From Candidatus Bathyarchaeia archaeon (GTDB taxonomy: Archaea; Thermoproteota; Bathyarchaeia; Bathyarchaeales; Bathycorpusculaceae), in NCBI GenBank assembly GCA_038882955.1, contig JAVZNC010000008.1, forward strand, positions 1-38,906: 38,906 nucleotides of DNA, given 5' to 3'. Position 1 is the first letter of the stretch. Every line of letters starts with the position of its first letter. Positions 10,539 through 18,394 of this stretch are shown here, piece by piece. The translations under genes and the position numbers were made by a program. The notes under the pieces were generated by a model that was given only the letters and a program-made list of their open reading frames with translations, was not told where the DNA came from and made no database searches.

Positions 10539-10914
10539 TATGAAGCCTCCACGTGGATCCAAAATTTAACGCTTAATATTTTAAAATGGTTAGACATTTA
10601 ATCACCATTAATTGGTGTTTCTCCACTTTCTAGTGTTATCAAATATCCTTCTACTCTCCTCAACAGCTAAACATATAGTTGGTAGAGTTATCATCTAAGC
10701 AACAACCCTTCATTTAATGTCTGAGGTAGCCCTTGAAATAATCCTTACTTTCTGCAGTTTCTTATAAAGCTCATCTGAGCTGAAGTATAAATGTCCCCAG
10801 CCTCAACAACGTCTCCTTCAGAACTATCTGTTTGCTAATTATCCTCTGCACCTCAGTTCAAGATTGTCGCTTGCAGTACATGTGAAATTGAAATGCAAAA
10901 TTTAGGTTTGCTGA

Positions 10915-10930
10915 GAAAATGTTTATATCT
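10915..10930 (+). promoter_or_regulatory. archaeal BRE/TATA promoter for the riboswitch transcript
   Basis: GAAAAT-G-TTTATAT about 25-30 nt upstream of the aptamer 5' end. Confidence 0.6.
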
Positions 10931-10952
10931 ACTTTTTGGAGCTTGTAAGTTT

Positions 10953-11016
10953 AAGGCGATGAAGCTCGCCTTTAACCGCCCTCGCTTCTTTGTGTGCGAG
11001 GGCTGACAGCTTCTAC
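10953..11016 (+). ncRNA. fluoride riboswitch (crcB motif)
   Basis: GGCGAUG-AAGC-UCGCC-UUUAACC-GCCCUCGC..GCGAGGGC-UGAC-AGCUU-CUAC: P1 GGCGA/UCGCC, 8-bp P2, pseudoknot GAAGCU/AGCUUC, terminal CUAC. Confidence 0.88.
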
Positions 11017-11119
11017 CAGTGTTAAAATGCGTAGGTGTATTGGGTTGGGGGAAGCGGGGCGGTTAGCTCTTGATAAAGAAGAATATTTTAACCATGACAG
11101 TTCTTGAAGGGAGAAAATT

Positions 11120-11566
11120 ATGGCAAATCGAGATAAAAATGTGAAAATTACAGAAATTCGCACTTATGTCCCTTTAAGCCATGATTACGCCGATTTATTG
11201 GCGAATCTGGTTGCTGCTTTGGAGCTATGCGCAACAACAACAGAGCTTTTAGAAATATGGAGAAATAAATTGAAAGATGAGAATTCCAAGCAGCTTGTGC
11301 AACGTATGATCATTAGTCTCTCTCGATATTTAGGATATCCTGAAGGAAGAGCTTTCAGTCTATACCAGCATAGAGGGAAACGTGAATTTCTTGAAATGAC
11401 ATAGGAAATCCGCGACATTAAAAAAGAACTGGAGACTATTTCCATTAGCAAACAAGGCCTTAAAAGGCTGGAAAAAATCGAAAGGAGACTGAATCAGTTG
11501 GCTAAGAACATGCGCATGGAGATTGAGCGTTTAGCAAAGATGGAGGTCATCGAGTATAGCGGATAG
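11120..11566 (+). pseudogene. helical hypothetical protein interrupted by in-frame TAG at 11402-11404 (nonsense mutation or readthrough)
   Basis: Frame continues for 53 coding-like codons (EIRDIKKELETISISKQGLKRLEKIERRLNQLAKNMRMEIERLAKMEVIEYSG) to TAG 11564-11566, 11 nt before the next ATG. Confidence 0.6.
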
Positions 11567-11577
11567 GTTGTGAGTAA

Positions 11578-11901
11578 ATGTATCAGATTTTTGAGATTAA
11601 ACTGAAGCCTAAAGAAATTGATTTGCGGCAGAAGTTTGACGACGTCAATAGATTGAATTGGTATTTAAACTGTGGAAAACTTGTCAGGGACGATGATGAA
11701 CTGGAGCATGTTTTGGATTTTTCAAATTCTAGGATGAAATGCCTTGTCAGCAGCTTGTTTCCCATAGAGAAAGATGAGTGGTCTCCGAGCGATTACCCAT
11801 CCAGAAAGGAAATGGTAAATACTGCGATAAAAGAGTTAGAAAGGCTTCCTTTCCACTTAGAAGTAGTTAAAGTCAAGAGGTTTGTTAAAAATGAAAAGTA
11901 A
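11578..11901 (+). CDS. hypothetical protein
   Basis: 107 aa, tightly packed in the operon; stop overlaps the MFS start. Confidence 0.75.
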   Translation: MYQIFEIKLKPKEIDLRQKFDDVNRLNWYLNCGKLVRDDDELEHVLDFSNSRMKCLVSSLFPIEKDEWSPSDYPSRKEMVNTAIKELERLPFHLEVVKVKRFVKNEK

Positions 11902-13090
11902 ATCGAACAAGCAAAACGGTAAAAAGTGGCTGAACAGAAATGTGGCGGCAATGGGATTCACGAGCTTGTTCAGCGACGCAAGCCATGAGATGGCTACTTC
12001 CATTCTTGCTCAATTCTTAACAGTCGAGTTGCATGGTTCAGCCGAAATCTTGGGCTTAATAGAGGGGCTAGCGGACTTCTCCTCAAGCTTCATTAAGACA
12101 TACTCTGGTTGGCTAAGCGATAAACTGGGCAGGAGAAAACCTCTTGCAACATTAGGCTACACGCTTACAGGCGTATTTATATCTCTATTTGCCTTTGCAT
12201 CTAACTTCCTTCAAGTATTATTTTATAGAACAGTTGGATGGATTGGAAGAGGCGTAAGAGAACCGCCGAGAGACGCCCTCCTAGCCGATTCGGTTGAGCC
12301 TGAAAGCTACGGTCACGCGTTTGGTTTTCATCGAATGATGGACACGTTAGGCGCCATCATAGGCCCAAGCATAGCTTTTATTCTACTACCCCTTATAGGG
12401 TTTAGGAACGTTTTCCTAGTTGCACTTTTGCCAGGCATCTTAGCGATATTGGTTTTCGCGCTTTTCACAAAGGAAAAGGTTTGTAGACAAAAGGTTGAAG
12501 AAAAGAGAAAACTATTAGGCGACATAAGAGGGTTGCCAACTAAATTCAAACATTACTTGTTAGCTGTAGGCGTATTTGGTGTTGGAAATTTCGCCAACAC
12601 ATTTCTAGTGTTAAGGGCTACAGACGCTTTAACACCAAGTCTCGGAGCTATAGTCGCCAGCAGCATCAGCGCCTTCCTTTACGTGCTGCTTAACGTAGGT
12701 GCTGCAGTTTTCGCTTACATTTTTGGCTCATTGGGAGACAAATTCAGCAAAAAGAAGCTATTAGCCCTAGGATACCTAATTTTCAGCATATACTGCATCG
12801 GCTTCATCTTCTCACCTCCAAATCTCTGGATTTACGCTTTTCTTTTCCTCTTGGCAGGCGTAGAAACAGGAGCCATAGACGCAACTGAAAGGTCATATGC
12901 AGCTGAACTGCTAGAAGAAAACAGAAGAGGAACAGGCTTCGGCATACTCAGCACAATCAACGGCATAGGAGACTTCACATCAAGCATCACCGCAGGAATC
13001 TTATGGACACTAACATCAGCTAGCGCATCTTTCACATTCGGAGCAATACTAGCACTAGCGGCAACAGTGATCTTAATAATTCGCAAGTAA
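11891..13090 (+). CDS. MFS transporter
   Basis: Motif A GWLSDKLGRRK, GRGVREPPRDALLA, repeat GSLGDKFSKK; 12 TM; start placed at ATG 11891. Confidence 0.93.
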   Translation: MKSKSNKQNGKKWLNRNVAAMGFTSLFSDASHEMATSILAQFLTVELHGSAEILGLIEGLADFSSSFIKTYSGWLSDKLGRRKPLATLGYTLTGVFISLFAFASNFLQVLFYRTVGWIGRGVREPPRDALLADSVEPESYGHAFGFHRMMDTLGAIIGPSIAFILLPLIGFRNVFLVALLPGILAILVFALFTKEKVCRQKVEEKRKLLGDIRGLPTKFKHYLLAVGVFGVGNFANTFLVLRATDALTPSLGAIVASSISAFLYVLLNVGAAVFAYIFGSLGDKFSKKKLLALGYLIFSIYCIGFIFSPPNLWIYAFLFLLAGVETGAIDATERSYAAELLEENRRGTGFGILSTINGIGDFTSSITAGILWTLTSASASFTFGAILALAATVILIIRK

Positions 13091-13148
13091 GCAATTCCTT
13101 CTGTTTATAACGGTTAATCGAAAATTAGATTCTTCGGCGATTATATTT

Positions 13149-13290
13149 CATTTTACTAGTAAATTTGTGCGTAAATTCACCCCCCACATCTGAAATAGAG
13201 CATTATACTGGATTATTTTGGATAAAGAAGCTTATTTTTCTGGATTTGAGGTGGGGGGCTGAAATTTCAGCACAAAATTACCAGTAAAAA
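13149..13290. repeat. imperfect ~40-bp inverted repeat pair flanking a ~57-bp AT-rich spacer
   Basis: 13151-13190 TTTTACTAGTAAATTTGTGCGTAAATTCACCCCCCACATC vs reverse complement of 13248-13290 TTTTTACTGGTAATTTTGTGCTGAAATTTCAGCCCCCCACCTC. Confidence 0.85.
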
Positions 13291-13291
13291 G

Positions 13292-13741
13292 CTAGTATTT
13301 TACGCTGAGGTATAGTAGAACAATGAGTGCTGCGAATGTGAATAGGTCTGGTAGTAGGGCGAATGGTCCTAGTCCAAATATTCTGAAGCCGAAGATTGAT
13401 ATTACTATTGGGTTGGAGGCAAGGGCGTAGAGGAGTAATGTTGCTGAGAATATTATTAGTCCGATTGTGAATTCTGATTTTGTTTTTCTGTATATGTCGG
13501 CGTATAGAATTATTAGAAATATTAGCATAGTTATGTTGATCGTGGAAACGACTGTTTTTGCTATGTAATAAAATTCTATATCTCCAGGGATTTCGGATGA
13601 GGGGCGGGGTTGCCATGGAGGGCGCGGATACCAGAAGGTTGAAGTTGCCCATGTTGCTGCTAATATTGCTACCGCTATTAAGATGGGTAAAAGTATCAGC
13701 AGTGGCCAAGTCCTCGATTTCTGATCCATTTCATGTGTCAT
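13292..13741 (-). CDS. 4-TM membrane protein partnered with wHTH regulator
   Basis: AGGAGGT RBS before ATG 13741; four hydrophobic helices; co-transcribed with the upstream HTH gene. Confidence 0.8.
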   Translation of the reverse strand: MTHEMDQKSRTWPLLILLPILIAVAILAATWATSTFWYPRPPWQPRPSSEIPGDIEFYYIAKTVVSTINITMLIFLIILYADIYRKTKSEFTIGLIIFSATLLLYALASNPIVISIFGFRIFGLGPFALLPDLFTFAALIVLLYLSVKY

Positions 13742-13758
13742 CTGCTTTACCTCCTTTT

Positions 13759-14061
13759 CTACTTTTTCCAAATTTTCTTCAAAATTTCCTCAAACAAGGC
13801 GTAATTTTCCTCCATAATGGGGGATAGGAAATATGTGGTGCCATATCCTTCACCTGCAGATACTATTAACTTGTTTTTCTCGAGAACTTCAAGATGATGC
13901 CTTATTGTCCTATAATCCAGTTTAAGATTGGTAGCTAACTGATTCGCGTTTTGCGGAGTCTCCTTTAGAGCTATGATTATTTTTGCACGGGTCAAGCCAC
14001 CTCTCGTACCTGCAATTAACCATCCAAGCAGGTACTTAAGGGGACGCATGCTAGCGGACAT
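13759..14061 (-). CDS. ArsR-like winged-helix transcriptional regulator
   Basis: GTRGG.TRAKII..L...P.NANQLA..L.LDYRTIRHHLEVL..N.LI....GYG..Y. Confidence 0.9.
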   Translation of the reverse strand: MSASMRPLKYLLGWLIAGTRGGLTRAKIIIALKETPQNANQLATNLKLDYRTIRHHLEVLEKNKLIVSAGEGYGTTYFLSPIMEENYALFEEILKKIWKK

Positions 14062-14130
14062 TTACAGGGCTCCGAATTTGGCTAAACTTATTTTTAATTA
14101 GCAATAAAAATGTGTCTTCCAAAAATTATC

Positions 14131-14177
14131 AAAGATTAGGGTTAAAATTGGGCTTAATCTTGAAAAACTCTTTAGTA
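14131..14177 (+). promoter_or_regulatory. copy 1 of ~46-bp promoter/operator motif
   Basis: AAAGATTAGGGTTAAAATTGGGCTTAATCTTGAAAAACTCTTTAGTA, similar to 14343 and 15041. Confidence 0.6.
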
Positions 14178-14342
14178 TTCATCAAGCCATTAAATTGAAT
14201 GGTTGGTGGAGGCAAAATTTCAAATTCTCCTCTCCTTTCTCCCTATTTTTTAATCCTCCCCAACCAAAATTTAACGGTGTCAAAGCTTGACAAGAAATAT
14301 CGGTGATGCAAGGTTTAAAAAAGAAGGTTGGAAAGGCGCTTA

Positions 14343-14389
14343 TTTGATTAGGTATAGAATTGGGGTTAATTCTGAAAAATCCTTTAATA
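14343..14389 (+). promoter_or_regulatory. copy 2 of promoter/operator motif (upstream of secreted protein gene)
   Basis: TTTGATTAGGTATAGAATTGGGGTTAATTCTGAAAAATCCTTTAATA ending in BRE/TATA. Confidence 0.7.
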
Positions 14390-14438
14390 ATTTTACCAGT
14401 TTGGCGTGTGTGAAGTGCGCGAGGCACTTCGTGAGAAA

Positions 14439-14957
14439 ATGGAGGTGTTGAAAATAGACAAAAGGAAAGCCCTAATTTTACTATCCATAGTGGTTGCAGT
14501 TGCAATCATAAGCGGAATTGTTTTAAATGCATATTCCACTGCTAACGCACAAGCCACTGTTAACAGCGAACAAGGCTGGAATTTCGGCGCTGGATGGTTC
14601 ATCGGAAATATGAGCATGGGAATGCGAGGCATGCCTTATGGAGGGATGCGTGGACGAGGATGCTTTGGCTATGGATCTGTCGAAGTCAGCGAAGAATTCA
14701 AACAGAACGTGATTAACATAGCCAAAAACGATACAGATGTGCAGAACCTACTAAATGAAGGATACAACATAACGGCAGTAAAGCCAATTATAAAAACCAT
14801 AGTTGAAGGAGACGGAACAGTCATCACTAAGGCAACAAGCGCTATCCTAATACTAGAGAAGGATACAACAGGCCGCGCTTTCGTATGGGTTAATTTAGAA
14901 CAAGCAAAAGTGACAAGGATAGAAATCCTAACTAGAACTGTAATCGAAAAACCCTAA
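14439..14957 (+). CDS. secreted/membrane-anchored protein with Gly/Met-rich segment
   Basis: N-terminal TM/signal, GMRGMPYGGMRGRG stretch, C-terminal alpha/beta domain; start ambiguous (ATG 14439, TTG 14448, or ATA 14454 after GGAGGTG). Confidence 0.8.
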   Translation: MEVLKIDKRKALILLSIVVAVAIISGIVLNAYSTANAQATVNSEQGWNFGAGWFIGNMSMGMRGMPYGGMRGRGCFGYGSVEVSEEFKQNVINIAKNDTDVQNLLNEGYNITAVKPIIKTIVEGDGTVITKATSAILILEKDTTGRAFVWVNLEQAKVTRIEILTRTVIEKP

Positions 14958-15040
14958 ATTATTTAAGTCTCTAAAAACTCCCCTTTCTTTCTAATATTTA
15001 AAACATACCAAATTTTCAATTTCTTTACGGTAGTGCGCAT

Positions 15041-15087
15041 AAAGATAAGGAATAGATTTTGGCATAATTCTGGAAAATTCTTTAATA
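15041..15087 (+). promoter_or_regulatory. copy 3 of promoter/operator motif (upstream of HtrA gene)
   Basis: AAAGATAAGGAATAGATTTTGGCATAATTCTGGAAAATTCTTTAATA. Confidence 0.7.
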
Positions 15088-15123
15088 GCTCATATTCTTG
15101 CTCAGAACATAGGCGGTTTCAAA

Positions 15124-16338
15124 ATGGGAATTTATCAAAAACACAAAGCCGCATATTCTTCATTCATCATATTAATCATTATTATTGCTAGCTTGTTTGG
15201 AGGAGGATTATTCGGTTATTTAATAGACCATTGGGCCATGTCAGAAAAACTGGATAGTCTGGAAAATCAACTTTCAACGCTTCAAGAACAAATGTCAAAC
15301 CTACAACAAACACAGAACATCATAAACCAAAATAACACCTACATATTAGGCGAAAATGTTTCGCTTTCAGAATTATACGAGCAGGTCAAAGAGTCCGTTG
15401 TCATAATTCGTGGGGTAATGGTGCAATACGATATTTTCCACCGTCCCTACTACACTCAAGTTCAAGGTTCAGGCTTCGTCTACAACTTTACCGGAGAAAT
15501 GGTGATAATCACAAACTACCACGTGATCGAAAGTACGATCAACATTACCGTGACATTTATAAATGGAGATGGATATGCAGCAACGGTGCTCGGTTCAGAT
15601 CCTTACGCGGACCTAGCAGTGCTTTCAACGGACGCGCCAACAAGCGAGTTCAAACCTCTTGAAATTGCCAGTTCATCCACATTAAAAGTTGGCGATGTTG
15701 TTGTTGCTGTAGGCAATCCATATGGATTATCTGGCTCCATGAGCATTGGCATAGTAAGCGCATTAGGAAGAACCATAACTGAAGAAACAGGCGGATATCC
15801 AATAGCAAACGTCATCCAAACAACAGCACCACTTAACCCAGGAAATTCTGGCGGACCCCTCCTAAATCTTCAAGGTCAAGTTGTAGGCATAACAACAGCC
15901 ATAATAAGCGACTCCCAAGGATTGGGTTTTGCCATCCCATCAAACACGATATTAAGAGAAATTGCTTCACTAGTGACAACTGGTTCCTACAATAATCATC
16001 CATGGTTAGGCGCGTCGGGAATAGACATGACCTATGAAATTGCAAAAGCCATTAGCGCAAACATAACATATGGATGGCTAATAACTCAAGTGGTAAGCGG
16101 AGGCCCAGCAGCTAACGCAGGACTAAAGGGCGGAACAAAACAAGTTTTGATTGCAGGAGAATACGTTACAGTCGGCGGAGACATCATAATAGCAATAAAT
16201 GGAACAAGAATAACCAGCGTAGATACTTTATCTACTTACCTTGAAGAAAACACTTCGCCAGGACAAACAATAGAAGTAACAATAATGAGAGAAAACCAAA
16301 CAATGAATGTTGCAGTAACGCTAGGAACACGTCCATAA
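15124..16338 (+). CDS. membrane-anchored HtrA/DegP-family serine protease with PDZ domain
   Basis: TM plus coiled coil; GSGF, TNYHV, DLAVL, LNPGNSGGPL; C-terminal PDZ. Confidence 0.93.
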   Translation: MGIYQKHKAAYSSFIILIIIIASLFGGGLFGYLIDHWAMSEKLDSLENQLSTLQEQMSNLQQTQNIINQNNTYILGENVSLSELYEQVKESVVIIRGVMVQYDIFHRPYYTQVQGSGFVYNFTGEMVIITNYHVIESTINITVTFINGDGYAATVLGSDPYADLAVLSTDAPTSEFKPLEIASSSTLKVGDVVVAVGNPYGLSGSMSIGIVSALGRTITEETGGYPIANVIQTTAPLNPGNSGGPLLNLQGQVVGITTAIISDSQGLGFAIPSNTILREIASLVTTGSYNNHPWLGASGIDMTYEIAKAISANITYGWLITQVVSGGPAANAGLKGGTKQVLIAGEYVTVGGDIIIAINGTRITSVDTLSTYLEENTSPGQTIEVTIMRENQTMNVAVTLGTRP

Positions 16339-16370
16339 CGCCTCATATAGAACAGCAATGCACTTACCTA

Positions 16371-16404
16371 CATTTTTACTGGTAAATTTGTGTGTAAATC
16401 CCAC
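16371..16404 (+). repeat. third copy of the 13149/13290 repeat
   Basis: CATTTTTACTGGTAAATTTGTGTGTAAATCCCAC, a direct repeat of 13149-13180. Confidence 0.85.
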
Positions 16405-16459
16405 TCACGCACCATCTATGGGAAAACTCTCGGGGGTTTGTCCGGGTAATGTTGGCTGT

Positions 16460-16580
16460 GCTGGAGGCTTCAGTTTCATTTTTTGCACTTTTGAGATGTA
16501 TTCCCGTTGGTCTTTGAATAGTTCCTTGAAGAGTTGGACGTTAAATGAGGGTGTTTTTGATGTTTTATGCCTAGAGGAGG
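16460..16580 (-). pseudogene. degenerate tyrosine recombinase/integrase C-terminal fragment
   Basis: Allowing several 1-nt indels the minus strand reads LGHK-NIKNTLI-Y-VQLFKELFKDQREYISKV-AKNETEA, i.e. box II LGH...T..Y; lies beside a tRNA 3' end. Confidence 0.6.
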
Positions 16581-16672
16581 GAGTAGGGAAAATAAAAACT
16601 AACAAAATGCCATTTTCCAAAAATCTAGATGGACTAAACTTCTAAAAATTGGTGGTACACCAACGTTTATGG

Positions 16673-16750
16673 TGGTGGACGGGGCGGGATTTGAACCCGC
16701 GGCCTCCACGATGCCAACGTGGCGATCATTCCAGACTGATCTACCCGCCC
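16673..16750 (-). tRNA. tRNA-Ala(GGC), CCA encoded, no intron
   Basis: GGGCGGG..CCACG-TT-GGC-AT-CGTGG..GCGGG-TTCAAAT-CCCGC-CCCGTCC-A-CCA; G3:U70 alanine identity pair. Confidence 0.97.
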
Positions 16751-16793
16751 TTTTTCATGGTATTTCGCTTTTTAATAGGCTATAAGTGTTTCT

Positions 16794-18209
16794 TTAGCCA
16801 TGGTGGATGTATTGTTGTATTAGTTTTTCGATTTTTTCTGGTTTTTCTGCCATGTTTTTCCATAAGTCCTTGTCCTTGTAAGCCCTCAGTTTTTCAATTG
16901 TTTTTTCGATTAGCTTTTTGGGGAATATGCCGTTTGCCTCGTAAAGCTTTCTGTTCTTCCAGAGGTTTTTGGCTGATTCGTGGCATGATTTTGGCAGCAT
17001 CTTAAGTCTCTTGCCTTTGCCTTTTCCGTTTATGTGCAGTTTTTCAGCTGTTTTTATCGCTTCATCTGGATTTTCCATCGCGTGGTTTATAGCTACGACC
17101 AGTCCAGCAAAAAGCAGAAAAGCGTTTGCAAGCGGATCTGGTGCTCTGTACTCGATTGTTTTTCTCGTATTTTCCAATTCAGTTTGTGCGCTTAAAAAGC
17201 TCCACCATAAAGGTATACGTATTAACGCCAAACGGTTTCTTTCACTCCAGCAAATGTGCATCGGCGATTCCTTTCGCGCAATAAAACGCAAATATGAGAT
17301 TGGCGTTGGATTTCCAAAAGCCGTTAGACTCGGCGTAAAGTCCAATATTCCACCAATAATTTTCAAGCCGTCTTCGCTTAGGGTGCCATTTGGATTTGCA
17401 ATCACGTTAGAGCCATCTTTAATTGCACAGAAGTGAATGTGCATGCCGTTTCCAGCGTGTTCCAAGGATACTTTTGGAGAAAATGAAACTGAAACTCCGT
17501 TCTTTGCACAAACGTTTCTAATAATCCATTTGGCAACCGCAATGTTTTCCGCCATGTCCACCAAGTCTTGCGGCAGAAACTCCACTTCATGCTGCTCCAT
17601 CAAAACACCATCCTTACGCCTTAACTGTCCAACTTCGCTATGCGCATATTTTGTTGCAATGCCAACTTCAGAAAGCGAAACCAAAATTTCACTTCTTAAA
17701 CCCTCAAAGATTGAAAAAGGTGAGGATTCATGGTAATTCCTATCGGGCATATTTGGAAAAAGCGCTTCGCTTGTCTCCTTTGCAATTATGTAAAATTCAA
17801 GTTCAGCCAACGCTTTTACGCTAATTCCCTTCGATGATAAAAGCCTCTCCTCTGCCCTTTTAAGAACAAACTTCGGAGCTACATCCAAGGGCTTGCCATT
17901 CTCATCCAAATAATCGCACAAAACGTTTAGCGTAGGCGTGTTTGAGAACGGGTTTATGAAGGCTTTTTTGATGTTTGGCTTTATGTAGATGTCGCTTTTC
18001 TCTGATTCGATGAACGAGAATAAGTTTGAACCGTCAACCCTTTCGCCAAATTCAAGTATCTCAGAAACTCTACCCTTGTCTGATGCGGAGAAACTCAGCG
18101 TTTTGAGCCTGCCATCTTCTGGGATATGGCATAAATCCAGAATTTTTATGCCTTTTTCGGAGATAAATTTGGCAATTTCCTCTTTTTCAGCAAAACCTAT
18201 TCTCTGCAT
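16794..18209 (-). CDS. glutamine synthetase family protein
   Basis: VDGSNL, AELEFY, HSEVG, QHEVEF, GNGMHIH, RNR.ALIRIP, IEYRAPDP.AN. Confidence 0.88.
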   Translation of the reverse strand: MQRIGFAEKEEIAKFISEKGIKILDLCHIPEDGRLKTLSFSASDKGRVSEILEFGERVDGSNLFSFIESEKSDIYIKPNIKKAFINPFSNTPTLNVLCDYLDENGKPLDVAPKFVLKRAEERLLSSKGISVKALAELEFYIIAKETSEALFPNMPDRNYHESSPFSIFEGLRSEILVSLSEVGIATKYAHSEVGQLRRKDGVLMEQHEVEFLPQDLVDMAENIAVAKWIIRNVCAKNGVSVSFSPKVSLEHAGNGMHIHFCAIKDGSNVIANPNGTLSEDGLKIIGGILDFTPSLTAFGNPTPISYLRFIARKESPMHICWSERNRLALIRIPLWWSFLSAQTELENTRKTIEYRAPDPLANAFLLFAGLVVAINHAMENPDEAIKTAEKLHINGKGKGKRLKMLPKSCHESAKNLWKNRKLYEANGIFPKKLIEKTIEKLRAYKDKDLWKNMAEKPEKIEKLIQQYIHHG

Positions 18210-18394
18210 AGAGGGCTCATCTCTGCTTGGGGCACTCTATTCATTTTATTAACTGATATTTTAACTCTCCCACAAAAGTCCACATTAGTAATAAGTAGGT
18301 GTAGCCTTTCACTAGGATATGTCTTAGGGATTCGCTACGTTTATTTACAAAGAGCTTCATTTATAAGGTTGAAAAGCACGAGCAAGAAGGATGA

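Noticed and set aside
10570-10900. Degraded gene remnant upstream of the antiporter
   Set aside because: Short coding-like patches on the minus strand, but multiple stops and no recognisable family.
11041-11066. attL/attR copy of the tRNA-Ala 3' end (CGGGGCGG)
   Set aside because: The match is only about 8 nt and is explained by complementarity to the riboswitch.
13149-13290. Replication origin (ORB pair around a DUE)
   Set aside because: G-strings and an AT-rich spacer are suggestive, but the canonical TCCA-GAAA ORB core is not matched and no cdc6/orc1 gene is adjacent; kept only as a repeat.
16358-16645. Track ORFs 16358-16645 (+) and 16405-16620 (-) as real genes
   Set aside because: Better explained as chance frames across a frameshifted integrase remnant.
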